Shown here piece after piece: positions 1-11,562 of a DNA stretch of 64,000 nucleotides; the stretch's first letter is position 1; each line of letters begins with the position of its first letter. Below the pieces are notes generated by a model, which saw only the letters and a list, made by a program, of their open reading frames with translations, had not been told where the DNA came from and ran no database searches. Position numbers and translations under genes: made by a program. Source of the stretch: Macrostomum lignano (Eukaryota); contig NIVC01000169.1 of assembly GCA_002269645.1 (NCBI GenBank), positions 372,001 to 436,000 on the forward strand, read 5' to 3'.

Positions 1-2206
1 GTTTTACATTTATGTTTAATAACAAACCAGAATAGTTAACAGTTATAATCTATAGGGGATAAACAAATCAAGCTCCTATCATCACCAAAGCCAAGGGTAA
101 ACATTTGCAGATTTAGCTTTTTTATCATTTATGATACCCCTTGACTGCCTGGCAAAGTTTAAAAAAATCAGAAAATTAGAAGTTTTTTATATCTTTAAGG
201 TTCAAAAAGTCCTAATTATTAGGAATATTAAATATTATTAAATATTGGGACCTAATATTTGAGTAGTTATTCAATATTTATTAGCTTCTAAAAGGATATA
301 CATATCATAGACAATTAAGCTTGACTTGGCTAGATTAGAGCATGTTGGGCCCAAGATAGGCTAGGCAAATTTTGACTTAAGCCAGGATGGGCCACAGCTA
401 TAGTGGCATATATACTCAACTTAGAAAATGTTGAGTTAGTGGCAACATCTTGTATACATGTAGCTAACTAATAGTTAAAATTTAGGCTTCTGACATTTTA
501 TAAACATTGTCTCTAAAGTATTCAGTTCAGTATACTCAAGATAGCAAGAATAAATAACCTTAAACAAATCAAAAGGGTTGCTATTCTAATATGAATCATA
601 TAAAGTGTTTTAGGTGACTGATCCTTTAGTCTAATCAATGTTCCTTGACCCTCCTAGTATATATGTTACTTTTAACTTATGTAAAAAATATTTTAGTTGT
701 TAGAACAAGGAAACTTATAAAATACCTATAGTAAGTAGTCAAGGGATATGGTATTCAAGCTATAGACATTTTAAGACACCTATTTAAAGCTCAACAAAAG
801 TTTATCAGTGTAATCACTTTTAAAATAATTGTACTACTTGTACACAATGCATTGGCATAGTGTATTCTTGAAATATATATCAACATGCTGCTTATGAACA
901 ATGCAATCAATCATTACAAGTTAGGTGTTGCTGGAAAGCGGCTTTTAACTTCTACAATTTGCTACTAGAATCATTTGGTTCCATCAGTTTTTATCAAAAG
1001 TTACAACTACATATGTAGCAATAGGTCACCTATAGACTTACAGTAAGTCAACAAGTTAACAAAATTTCAAAGTGATAGCTCACAAATGGCTAACTGGCTA
1101 CAATGAATACTAAAAAATGATTGCAGTAAATGACTAAAATAAACCCATGAGCCAATGAAAGTTGAGCATGAATCTTAGCTCAACTATGCCCTATCCCCAA
1201 AGGGTGTTTCTCACACTCCTTTGAGCAACACTTGAATGCATATCCAAGACTTTTAGCGTAGCAAAAGGAGGGAACAAAAAGCAATAAAGTTTGAAATATT
1301 CTGTTGCTTTAAAAGCTATATGCTTCTCCAAGTTTCTCCATAGATATCTCTTTGTCACAGCAGCCTAACAAAGAAGTCTGAAAGCATTCAATCAAAAGTA
1401 CTCTTGCTACTTTTCACTAGCTAGCTTCCACTAGCTTTACGAGTATAAATTAGGCTATAAACTTTTCCTTCAAGTTCCTCCTTCTTCATTCTATCAAAAT
1501 TCCTATTTTTCTTTATATTACTCATATGTTTATATTTGAAAATGACCAAACAAAATTATTAGTATTTTTAATTCTATTAAAATGCACTGGGATAAGCAGT
1601 TTCTATTTTTTTGCTTCAATGTATAGTGTTATATTTCCAATTTTTTCATTTATTGGTTTTTTATATCATTGGGGGAGACATTATTCCCAATAAAAACTAT
1701 GGGCCTAGGGACATGCAAATGCTTTGTCTTTATCATTTAGGCCTCATTAATATTACCTAGTAAACCATAAATTATGATAATCAATAATTTTGATTTGAGG
1801 CAATAAAACAGCCTCTGAAGTGCCAAAATGAGTATGCCAACAACACCAAAATTAAAAATAATGTATACTATACATAAAGGCCCTAAAGACAATTAAACTG
1901 CAACATATATACAGGATGCAATACTTACATTTCATGGAAAAAGTTTTGAATGCCACTTTTTATTTAAAAAACACTATGTCTCTATGAAGATAAGAACTTT
2001 TTTACTTTCTTTCATTAATAAACTTGTTATTGCTTTCAATAGAAAGCTAATCTAATCATAATCTTTAGATATGTTATGCCTTTCTTATAGCTTTTTAGTG
2101 ATATTTATAAAGCTTTTTATCAAGAAAAATAGGATTCTATTTACAACATTTACAACATAGTCATAGAAAAGTTTATAGAAAAGTTGATATAGGCCTAATG
2201 AATATT

Positions 2207-2398
2207 CAGGCACCGCGGAATGAGTTTTTGCCAAGGGGGCAAGACCAAGTTTCCGAAACTCAAGCTCAGACCCTGTCTTTGACAGTGACAAAAAATTTAA
2301 GCAAAATTATGCTGTTGAATGGTATTTGAGGGGGGCAATGCCCCCCTCCAACTCAATGTCAGGGGGGGGCAGCTGCCCCCCCTGTTCCATGGCGCCTG
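2207..2398. mobile_element. hAT-type MITE (192 bp)
   Basis: TIRs caggcaccgcggaa and rc(ttccatggcgcctg)=caggcgccatggaa; perfect 8-bp TSD tgaatatt (2199-2206, 2399-2406). Confidence 0.8.
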
Positions 2399-3845
2399 TG
2401 AATATTTGACAGAAAAATTGACAAATAAAGTAATTTATCCAACTTACTAAAAAATTTTATGGCAAAGTAAACAGAAAAGTTGATAGAAAAGTAAATAGAA
2501 AAGTTTATAGCCAAGTTTACTCATATTAATTTAAAGTAAAAATAAGAGTATTATTCTAGGCCTAGTAGGCCTAGCATAGTTTTGTTTGAAAAATATTCTT
2601 TGTTAGCATTATCACTCAAATAATTGATTCAAATCCTTGGCATTAGCTATCAACCAATAATCAATAATATAATCAATATCAATAATTTTGTGAAATAAAT
2701 TGTCAACCAATGTGACTGTGATATTAAAATGTCGTCAGCATTATTAATCATTGGAACTAGCACAAATTCAAAAGAAAAAATAGGCCTAATTTTGCAAACA
2801 AAACTGCACTAGTGCCAAAATGAGGAATTTTTGAATTATTAGGCCATTTCTTAGCATACAACTATACAAGGATACTTGCCATTTTTTCAGTGTACATCAG
2901 CAATCAGTCAATTTATAAATTAATTTTTTAATTATTATTTTAAGTTTTATTATAAAAAATAAATTTTTATAAAGTTTTATTATAAAAAATAAAATAAAAG
3001 TAAGAATTAATTTATATGACTGTACAGTAAATGACAAAATATTAATTTAAATCTAAGCCAAGCTCAAGGATTCAGAAACACTACTACTAGGCCCTGCCTC
3101 TACTCAGTACTCAGTTATGCAAATTGTAAAAAACTAACCTTAACTTTAACTTTAAGTCCAGTCAGTCAATCAAATCATTTCCTAGGAATTACGGACACAT
3201 TAATAAAGCAGTTATAATAATTTCTTATACAATATCTAGGCTTACAAACCTTAAGTATATTGTCTAACAGACTTAGGTACGACCGGCAACAACGATATCT
3301 ACGAAATCAAATTATTGGGCCCAACGAAAGCAAAAACATTCTTAAATGATTTTTGATATTTTGATACTAATGCAGTCATGGTTAGAATTTTTTATATATT
3401 CTATAAAAAATACAAGCTAAATTTTCCTTTTATAGATATATTTAATAGTTTTGCTTTATCAATATCATTCAGAGATAATTTGTAGGCCTATGTAAGTTCA
3501 AAAAGGGTGCGACCGGTACAAGGAACTGACTTTCCAAGAAATTAGACTTAAGGCCTTGGCCTATGTGTCCGTAATGTGTGGCAGGCTTGCCCCTCGTCCT
3601 AGGAGATAAATCTTCCAGTATGCTGAAAATGCTTTGCGATAAATGTCTTTAAATGTAAAATTTTTTAGAATAATCTATTTGATAATAAAAACATTTAAAT
3701 CCAGCATGCCAATATGAATTATGTATATGTGACATATAGTAGACCTAATAGGCTAATAATAGCACATATCACATAGGGCCTATCTATTTAAATATTTCCT
3801 GTTATTTATTTATAAATAAAAAAAATAAAATTTATATATTATAGG

Positions 3846-6800
3846 CAGTGGTGTAGCCAGGAATTTCAATTAGGGGGAGGGAGTTGGCCTGGCTGGCCAT
3901 GCCTTATGCCATTGCCACTTTTGGCACTTCAGGCACTCATTTTAGCACTGCAGGCACTCCTTTGGCACTGTAGGCACTCATTTTGGCACCACAGGCACTC
4001 AATTGCCTCATGTTTTTGGTATTCACTGCGCCTAACCCCACCCCCCTAGGCAATTGGGGGGGGGGGTAAATCTCAGATTGAAATGTACGTAAGTTATAAA
4101 CAAATTTTTTCTTACATCATGAATTTCATTGTTAAATTAGAAGCAATTGTACATGAATTTAACTTTCATTCATAAAAAACTGATTAAAAAATATTTTTTT
4201 AAACCTTTAGTCAGAGTTTATGTTTTTTTGTGGCGATAGCGACCAAAAACGTATTTTTCTGACTTGTATCTTAAGTACATTTTTTTGTTTCATAATGTTT
4301 TTTTGTGCACATGTAATATATTTGTCTATGGGAAAATGACTGAAAATATTGGGGAAAACCTTCATCTGTGAGCTTGTGGATGTTTTACCGCTGTGTTTTC
4401 AATATTTATGAACTTATTTGGCCCTGTCTCGATTGCATGATATATGTCTACTGTTAAAAAATTCCTGTAAGGTGTAAGTTTTCTGATAAACAATGCCAAC
4501 CATTATGATCTTCAGTGATTCATTCTTTCAGATACATTTTAAATATTGTTATTCCATTTTATCTGCGACTGTCAATGCACTGTTACTTACTTATGCCTAT
4601 TGATGTTACATTTAGACTTTTTTCATAAGCACAAAATTTCCTGTAAGGTGTAAGTTTACTCAGCTCATAAGCATGTAAATGTTCCCAAATCTTCTAATTA
4701 TGTAGAAAAATACTAAACAAAGAGTAGTTTTTCATTGCATGTTCTTGTGATTTTACTAAAGAAGTATAGACCTTATTAAGTTCATTATATTGGGTTTTAA
4801 CCATTTATAGCCAAGTAGCATACTTAAGTAAGCAGTTTTGTTTATGTTTGTGTGAAAATCTGTGATGATTCACTTCTAATGATATTCACTTTTGGTCTTA
4901 TGAGTATATCTTGAGCTCTAACGCTCAGTAATCCACAGAAAAATTCTAATTTATTCCTGCCAATCTATTTAGTATGTTCCTCTAATATCACCATATTTGA
5001 ATGCTGTTTTGGCTAGCATAAGCAAAGGACAATAGGTACGGCAGGAACCCTTAGAAATAGATCATATGCTTAGGTCAAAGTAAAAAGAATGCTGGTATTG
5101 TATATTTTAATTGTATTTAATGACCCCTTAGAAAGCCTTTTAATTAAGAAGCATATCTAATGCTAGATCCGAAGGAGCAGCGTAATTTGTTGTATAAGTA
5201 TGTTAAGTTCATTACAAGTAACACTAGCATAGTCTATCTACTTCTATTTGTATTTATTTCTATATGTAGCAGTATATGTTTACCTTGCAATCTGAATGCC
5301 ATATATATTATTCTATTTAGTCATTTTCAATTGAACTCTGCTATCTCGGTGTTTACATGCAAAAATAGAAAGTGAGAGTCTATCTGCCTTTTTGTAAATT
5401 TTGGCAATTTTTAATGTTGACATTCTTAAAATTACTACACTTATTTTCTTTAAATTGATACCAGATACCATGAAGATGATTATAACTCATTCTTATATGG
5501 TTTCTGAGATACACAAATTTACTTCAAAATTCAGCTGCTGCAGCACCTGCTCTTTGAGCTGAGCTGTAAATGTCATTCAATATATACAACCAATTTTGAC
5601 AACTCGTTGCTTTCTCGTCGATAGCGTCGAGAAAGTTGTTGGGCAACGATGACTTGTTGCCAGCTTCCTGACTGTCATCGAGATGATGCGGCACCCATTG
5701 AACAGTGACGTACTGCAGCCACAGGTCCTCTATGCATTTGAGAGTTTGGTGGATGGTGGATGAAGGAACTTTACTGAGTTCCGCCATTTCTTTGCATGTC
5801 CATCGCGGATCGATTTCCAGCAGACCACGGATGAGTTTGATGCTGCTCTCGGTCCGCACTTTCCGGGGTCTCCCAGATCTTGGCTCATTCAGAGTCAATC
5901 GAAGTGCAGCCACTCTTGAAGCGATCATACCTCTTGTACACATCGCGCTGGCAAAGTTCATCCTTGCTGTACGCGTCTACAAGCTGTAGGTGACTTGTGC
6001 AGCTGGCATTCCTCGCAGCCATTCAGATTTAATTTACCACCGCTGCTCTTCCTGCGGTTCATCTCCCATAACCGCGACGTCGGCCGAAGAGGGAAAGCAA
6101 TGGTGATGACAATCGCGGTGGGGTTATAATACGAGCTAAGAAAGGAGAAAGGTGCAAATACGAGCTAGATAGCTCAAGTGTGCGGGAAACGACTGCTGCT
6201 GGTCGCAGGACAGCTGTGGTAACAGCTGCAGCCACTAGAGCAATGTCTGTAGTAGAAATGGATCAATTGCACAAACTTTTGAGATGCCCCTTGTAATTTT
6301 TTGTACCCAGCTGATACTTAAGGTTCTGGGTTTTCCCATAGGGATAGAGTAGTCAAGTGGTTACTTTACTTTATACTACTGATGGGAGGCACGTACAGGA
6401 GCGGCGAAAAGGGACAGGACAAAACATATATATATATGTTTTAGTTCCCAGTTTTGCTTTAGTATTGCTTTGCCATTTCCATTTTTCCTATAGTTTTCAG
6501 TGCCATATCTGCTTTGCATAGTATTTTCCAATCTGCAAGTTTTTCCGTTTTTTCTTTTTTTGCCAACATCATTTTGGCTCGTTTTTTACTGTTTTACATT
6601 TTCCCAGTGCCAGTAGCTGTATGCTTTTCATTGATTTTTTATGGTCTGCACTTCCTAAGTCCAGTGCAGTTCAAGTATCTGTTTCGGTCTGTTTTTGCTT
6701 GCGTATTTAAAAGTAGAAATTAAATGGGGAATATACAATAATTCTACAGACAATATATTTGATTGGTGATGGGAACCTTAATCAAAAGTTCAAAAGGAAA

Positions 6801-7661
6801 ATTTATAAGAATTTTCAAGTTCTAGCTTTTTAGAAACATACTAGAATGAGAGACTGAGAGAATACTTCAAGTTCTTTACTTCTTTGGCAAGAAATTAAAG
6901 GAAAGTATAGTTAATTTTGTGGTATGGTTTGGAATTTGATAATTGAAAAAGATGATTCAGTTGAAGTAAAGAGGCAAACATGTAATTTGAAAAAACTCAA
7001 TGCCTTTACTTAATTAAAATATGTTCTGAATGAACACTCTAGATACATATATCGATGTCAAATATTACAATTTCAATTTGCAGGTTTCGATCGCCATATT
7101 AAATTTCAGTAAAGATAAATAACCCAGTTGAAATTGTTTCTTTTCCATCAATAATAAATTCCGTCCGTTATCAGTCCGTCAACGGTATGTGTTTTCGATA
7201 TATATTAAAAATGGTTTAAGTACCGTGCATTCCGTTTATATTAAAAATCAGGCAGATTCATAGCACGTTAAATTTAGTAACTATAAACAGTTTCAATTTA
7301 TAACAAAATGTTAATCAAAAACAAAAAAAATTTTAATGAATACTAATAACCAGTAGAAAGATAACTCTAACAAAACAAAAATTACAATTTTGTGAGTTAA
7401 ATAAACAAATTGTTTGTCTTTGGTATTAATCGTTGTCAAAATACCCTTCAAAAAAACAAACAGCATACTTTCTTGAAATTCAGGGTTACTTGTGGTTTTA
7501 AGTAGAAAAATTATTATATTATTCTTTTATCTGTAGATGTAAAGCATTATTTTCCATGCCACTGAACTTTTATTTTTTGTCAATTTTTTTACTTCTGTGT
7601 TTGAGATTTACCCGGGGGGTTGCAGCCCCCTGCCCCCCCCCACCTCCTGGTTATGCTGCTG
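3846..7661. mobile_element. hAT-type non-autonomous element (3.8 kb) carrying nested insertions
   Basis: TIRs cagtggtgtagccagg and rc(cctggttatgctgctg)=cagcagcataaccagg; perfect 8-bp TSD attatagg (3838-3845, 7662-7669); G/C-rich subterminal tracts; ~20-bp sub-repeats at 3915-4000. Confidence 0.75.
5520..6295 (-). mobile_element. Mariner (Tc1/mariner) transposon 5' fragment, pseudogenised
   Basis: 5' TIR rc(6270-6295)=TA caaggggcatctcaaaagtttgtg; frameshifted transposase N-terminus EQRW*IKSEWLRG...VYKRYDRFKSG...RSGRPRKVRTE...IDPRWTCKEMAELSKVPSSTIHQTLK...QWVPHHL (HTH and WVPHEL-like motif). Confidence 0.85.
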
Positions 7662-8240
7662 ATTATAGGCCTAATTAGGAAAGTGGCCTTTGCTAGAAAA
7701 TCTTTATGTATACAAAGCCCAAGGGCCTTTGTATAATTGGTACCTATATAATCAAGGCATATACTAAAATCCTAAGATCGTTGGTAAGATCCTATGTCAC
7801 AACTTTAGTATAAAATATTATCATTAAGTAATGTATAAGATCAATAATAAATCTTATTTATATTTTCAAATGTTTATTCTTTGGAAATACAAGAATTTCT
7901 TACCACTGTTTGATGGCGCAAGCTTTTCCTATAATGAGGTTTATCTATAGGAGGCTTTCTTGCAGCAAGGTTTCCTAGCTAGAGGTTTTTCCAAAAAGCT
8001 TTTCTTACCAAGATTTTCCTGCAGCAATGTTTTCTTATAAGAGTTTCTTACTAAAAAGGTTTTTCTACAGATTAGAACTAGGCTAGGCTAGATTAGATAG
8101 AAACTAGAATAGATTAAAAACTAGACTAGACTAGATTTCAGATCCAATTGGATTTGACTTGAAATTTTGACAGAAAAAACCCTGTGGGAAAACCTTGGTA
8201 GGAAAAATTTTTGTAGGAAAACCCCTAGTGGAGAAACCTT

Positions 8241-8913
8241 GGCTATCCTACCTTATAGAATCATTTGTTATATTATTTTTTGCTTGAATTCAATTCTTTT
8301 CTATTTTTAAAGTCTAAAAATATGAAACAAGTAAACAAATTAATAGTTTAGATATATAGATTGCAAAATTGTTTATTATAGTCAATTGCCATTCTAAAGC
8401 TAGCTATACTTCCACAGGTAGCACAATCTAACTTGGGGCTGCTGGTCATCTAGCTATCTAAAAAGTAGCAGTCTAAAATCAGAAAAGTAAGCAATGGCTT
8501 GACTTGAATCTCAGTATTGACAGTTTGGCACCTCATTTTTCAATCTCAAATGTATTTCCCTTTAATTGTCCCCTGCATTTTCATAGCCTTTGATTACAAA
8601 CATATATTTTTATATTTCATGCATATAAAACTGATATTATTTTAAGAACTACTGAGATATCAATGCACAAATTCTAAATTAGTATTGTAAAAATTTGTTT
8701 TAGATTAAATTACCTAGTCACACTACCTAATGTTAAAGTAGTCCCTCATGTTGTGATGTTGCAATTGACTATAAGTTATAACAAACAATTTTGCTACCAG
8801 TGCATGTTAAACTGATGATTTGTTCACTTGTTTCATATTTTTGGACTCTAAAAATAGAAAGAAATTGAATTCAAGCAAAATAATAATTTAACAAATGATT
8901 CAATAAGATAGCC
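8241..8913. mobile_element. MITE with ~85-100 bp terminal inverted repeats
   Basis: 8258-8340 and 8818-8901 are near-perfect reverse complements, extendable to ggctatc termini. Flanks gaaacctt/aaaaccat resemble a decayed TSD. Confidence 0.65.
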
Positions 8914-9349
8914 AAAACCATGCTGCAGGAAAAACTCATATGGGTAAAGCTTAATGGGAAAACTTCTTGCAGGAAATTCTCATAAACCCACTTTTATACA
9001 AATTCACACAAAAAGAGCACATTGATAATGCATAGATAGTTATATAAATTCTTTTAAAATTTATTCTAATGCAGACTATCCAACTTTGATTATGGCATAT
9101 GCATTTGCCTATCTATTGTTATATGTTTAGGAAGGTTAGTTTCATGCAAATTTAAATATTGTATATGTATAATTTTTTCTAGATATAATAGGCCTACTGG
9201 TAGGTATAGATGGTCTCTTATAAAATGACCTTTTTAACTATAATTATGTTTAAAGCATATACCAGTATTATAAATAATGTCACTAATATGAAAACTGATA
9301 AACCTGCAATCACAGATTAACAAAAATGTATCAATAAATCAATAGCATA

Positions 9350-9685
9350 GTGTCTTCTAATATCAATCACCCTCTAGCAGTGCTCATACAGCTTCTCCAC
9401 CTCAGCCTGCAAGTGTTTTTACTCCAGCTGCCAGAACCAATGCAATGTAGCCTATTTGACCTCTTCATGGTTTGCAAGACTCCTCTAGGAAAAGTCAGCC
9501 TTTAGCCACTTAAACAGAAATCTGTTGCACAAGTTGAAGTTTAGGATGTAGGCACTATGTCAGAGCAGATTCAGATTCACTTGCTATCCAGCCAGAAAAT
9601 CCAAAGTCTTATAGGTATATAGCTATACATTGTCCATCTGTCAGAACCTTGTCCAGATGAATTGAATTTTACTGAAGAGCCTATC
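9350..9685 (-). pseudogene. Highly decayed mariner transposase, C-terminal part
   Basis: Minus strand reads *QMDNV*LYT (consensus xxDNARPHT), SAYILNFNLCNRFLFKWLK (PPYSPDxxxCDxFLFxxLK) and EEVK*ATLHWF...VEKLYEHC*RVID (EEVKxAVxxWF...GIxKLxxRWxKCI). Confidence 0.7.
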
Positions 9686-9689
9686 GTAT

Positions 9690-10595
9690 TTCTTCGAGAC
9701 CTCCTCGGGGGTTCTTCAAGGAGATACGCTAGTGCCGTTCTTGTTCGTTCTGGTGCTTGACTGGGTGCTGCGGACTGCACTTCCCTCCAACGACGATGGC
9801 TTCCTGCTGCGGTGACGCGTGGGTCGACGTCAACCGGAGAGGCGGCTCAGTGTGCTTGGTTACGCCCACGATCTCGCTCTGCTGTCCTCTACCGTTGAGG
9901 GCGCCCAGCGACAGCTTGATCGACTGGTTGCTGTTGCGGCGAGTGTCGGCCTGATGATCAACGCGCAGAAGACCGTCGTGCTGTGCGTACCGGACGACAT
10001 CGAGGCTGCTATCCTATGCCGAGGCGCTGACGGACAGGCAACGGAACTTCCGCGATGTCAGCAGTTCGTCTACCTCTGTGGTCTGGTCCCCGACGTACGC
10101 GAGGATCTGCGTCGTCGCCGCGGGCTTGCCTGGGCTGCCTTCCTCTCTGTGAGGGCGGTCCTTCAGTCTGAGGCCAGAGGGCGGCATTGTTCCAGGCAGT
10201 AGTCGAAACCGTCCTGCTTTACAACGCCGAGACCTGGACACTGACAGACTCGCTCGAACATTTAGTCGATGCGGCGCACGCTGGCCTGCTGCGCGCCGCC
10301 TTCAAGATCGGCGAAGAGCGAGTCACCAACGCGGCACTCTATCGCCGTGCCGGCCTGGCCCGTCCAAGTGACCTGCTGCGCCGTCGGCGACTCCAGCTGG
10401 CAGGTCATATCATCCGCGCCGAGTCGTACTGCCCACAGCCGGTGCAGGAGGTGCTGCTGCTCACGCTGCAGGCACCCTACCGGCGAGGACAGGCGCGCAC
10501 TCGGCGTTTCGTCGACTGGCTGACGCCGGCGCCCCGGACTCTGCCGGCGGAGCGGTCTATGTTCGCACTCTGGCCTTGAGACGCGCCCTGTGACA
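9690..10595 (+). mobile_element. 5'-truncated non-LTR retrotransposon (RTE-like LINE) reverse transcriptase fragment, pseudogene
   Basis: SGVLQGDTLVPFLFVLVLDWVLR (RT domain 4), LGYAHDLALL (YADD degenerated), INAQKTVVL, FVYLCG, FQAVVETVLLYNAETWTLT; in-frame stop and frameshift. Confidence 0.9.
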
Positions 10596-10599
10596 CTAG

Positions 10600-10990
10600 A
10601 GACTATCCAGTGTACTTTTTTGTTGTGTTGTGTTGTTGAAGAGTGCACCAGAGGTATCTAGTGTGTGATAGACAAAACCCAATAAAATACTGACCCCTGA
10701 CCTTGGTGTTTGACAGAGTTGTGCAGATAGAGACGCATCTGTTTGGTGTGAAAGCCACAAATAGCTTGGTCTTCTTGTCCAAGATGGACTTCCTGGTCAC
10801 AGTTGGCCTGGAGTCTCCCAGCTAGCTGCGATTGTCTGCCTTGTTATCCTTGATATCTTGGTAGAGTCAGGTTTCACCCTCTCAATAACTAGGCAGTTTA
10901 GAATGTCATTCAAGCCTGAGCTGCTAAACACCCTGCAGATCTGCTTGGTGCAGGCATCTTTTTGAAATTAATGGTGATTTTTGTTTGCTG
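10600..10990 (-). pseudogene. Decayed mariner-like transposase, central part (likely the upstream half of 9350-9685)
   Basis: RKSILDKKTKLFVAFTPNR...TKVRGQYFIGF resembles the mariner segment SxxKxMxxVF...TVxxxYYxxxL; same strand and same CpG-free state as the 9350-9685 piece. Confidence 0.45.
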
Positions 10991-11509
10991 CATAGATGGT
11001 TTTTCATTGCATTTTACTTGCTAAATCTGCTTTACAACTTCTTGCAATAGTTTAGGCTATAAACATCCTATGTATATCTCAAATGCACTAGTATTGCTTC
11101 ACTAAATAAACTTTGCAACTACACTACTTAATACCCACAAGGCCACGAGTACATATGCCTTGCCTATATACTATAGACAGAGGCATGCATTGACATTACT
11201 TATGGTCGTTTTTTGACAAAATTTGGTGACCAAATTAAATATTTTTTGTTATTAAGTAAATTGAATGGCTAATGTAATTTCAGAGATTGCATATAGGTAT
11301 ATAGGTATACAACAATAATGATATAGTTTTAGTTTGAATATAGTTTGGATTTAATCAAAATATAAAACATTGCGTTTTTATCAATATCTAAAATATATAA
11401 ATAATTGTATATTGGTATAATACATAAAATAATAGTGTCTTTCTATAGACTAATTGTTGTATTCTATCATTTTAATCTAACATATTAATAATTATGTTTT
11501 TTTCAGACT

Positions 11510-11562
11510 ATGCTTCCATTTCGGTTAGTCAATATTAGCCAACAAATTGTACAAGCCATGGG
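11510..11562 (+). CDS. MRPS10: MRPS10 coding exon 1 (MLPFRLVNISQQIVQAMG)
   Basis: ATG at 11510, GTAAGT donor at 11563, phase 2 matches the next exon. Confidence 0.7.
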
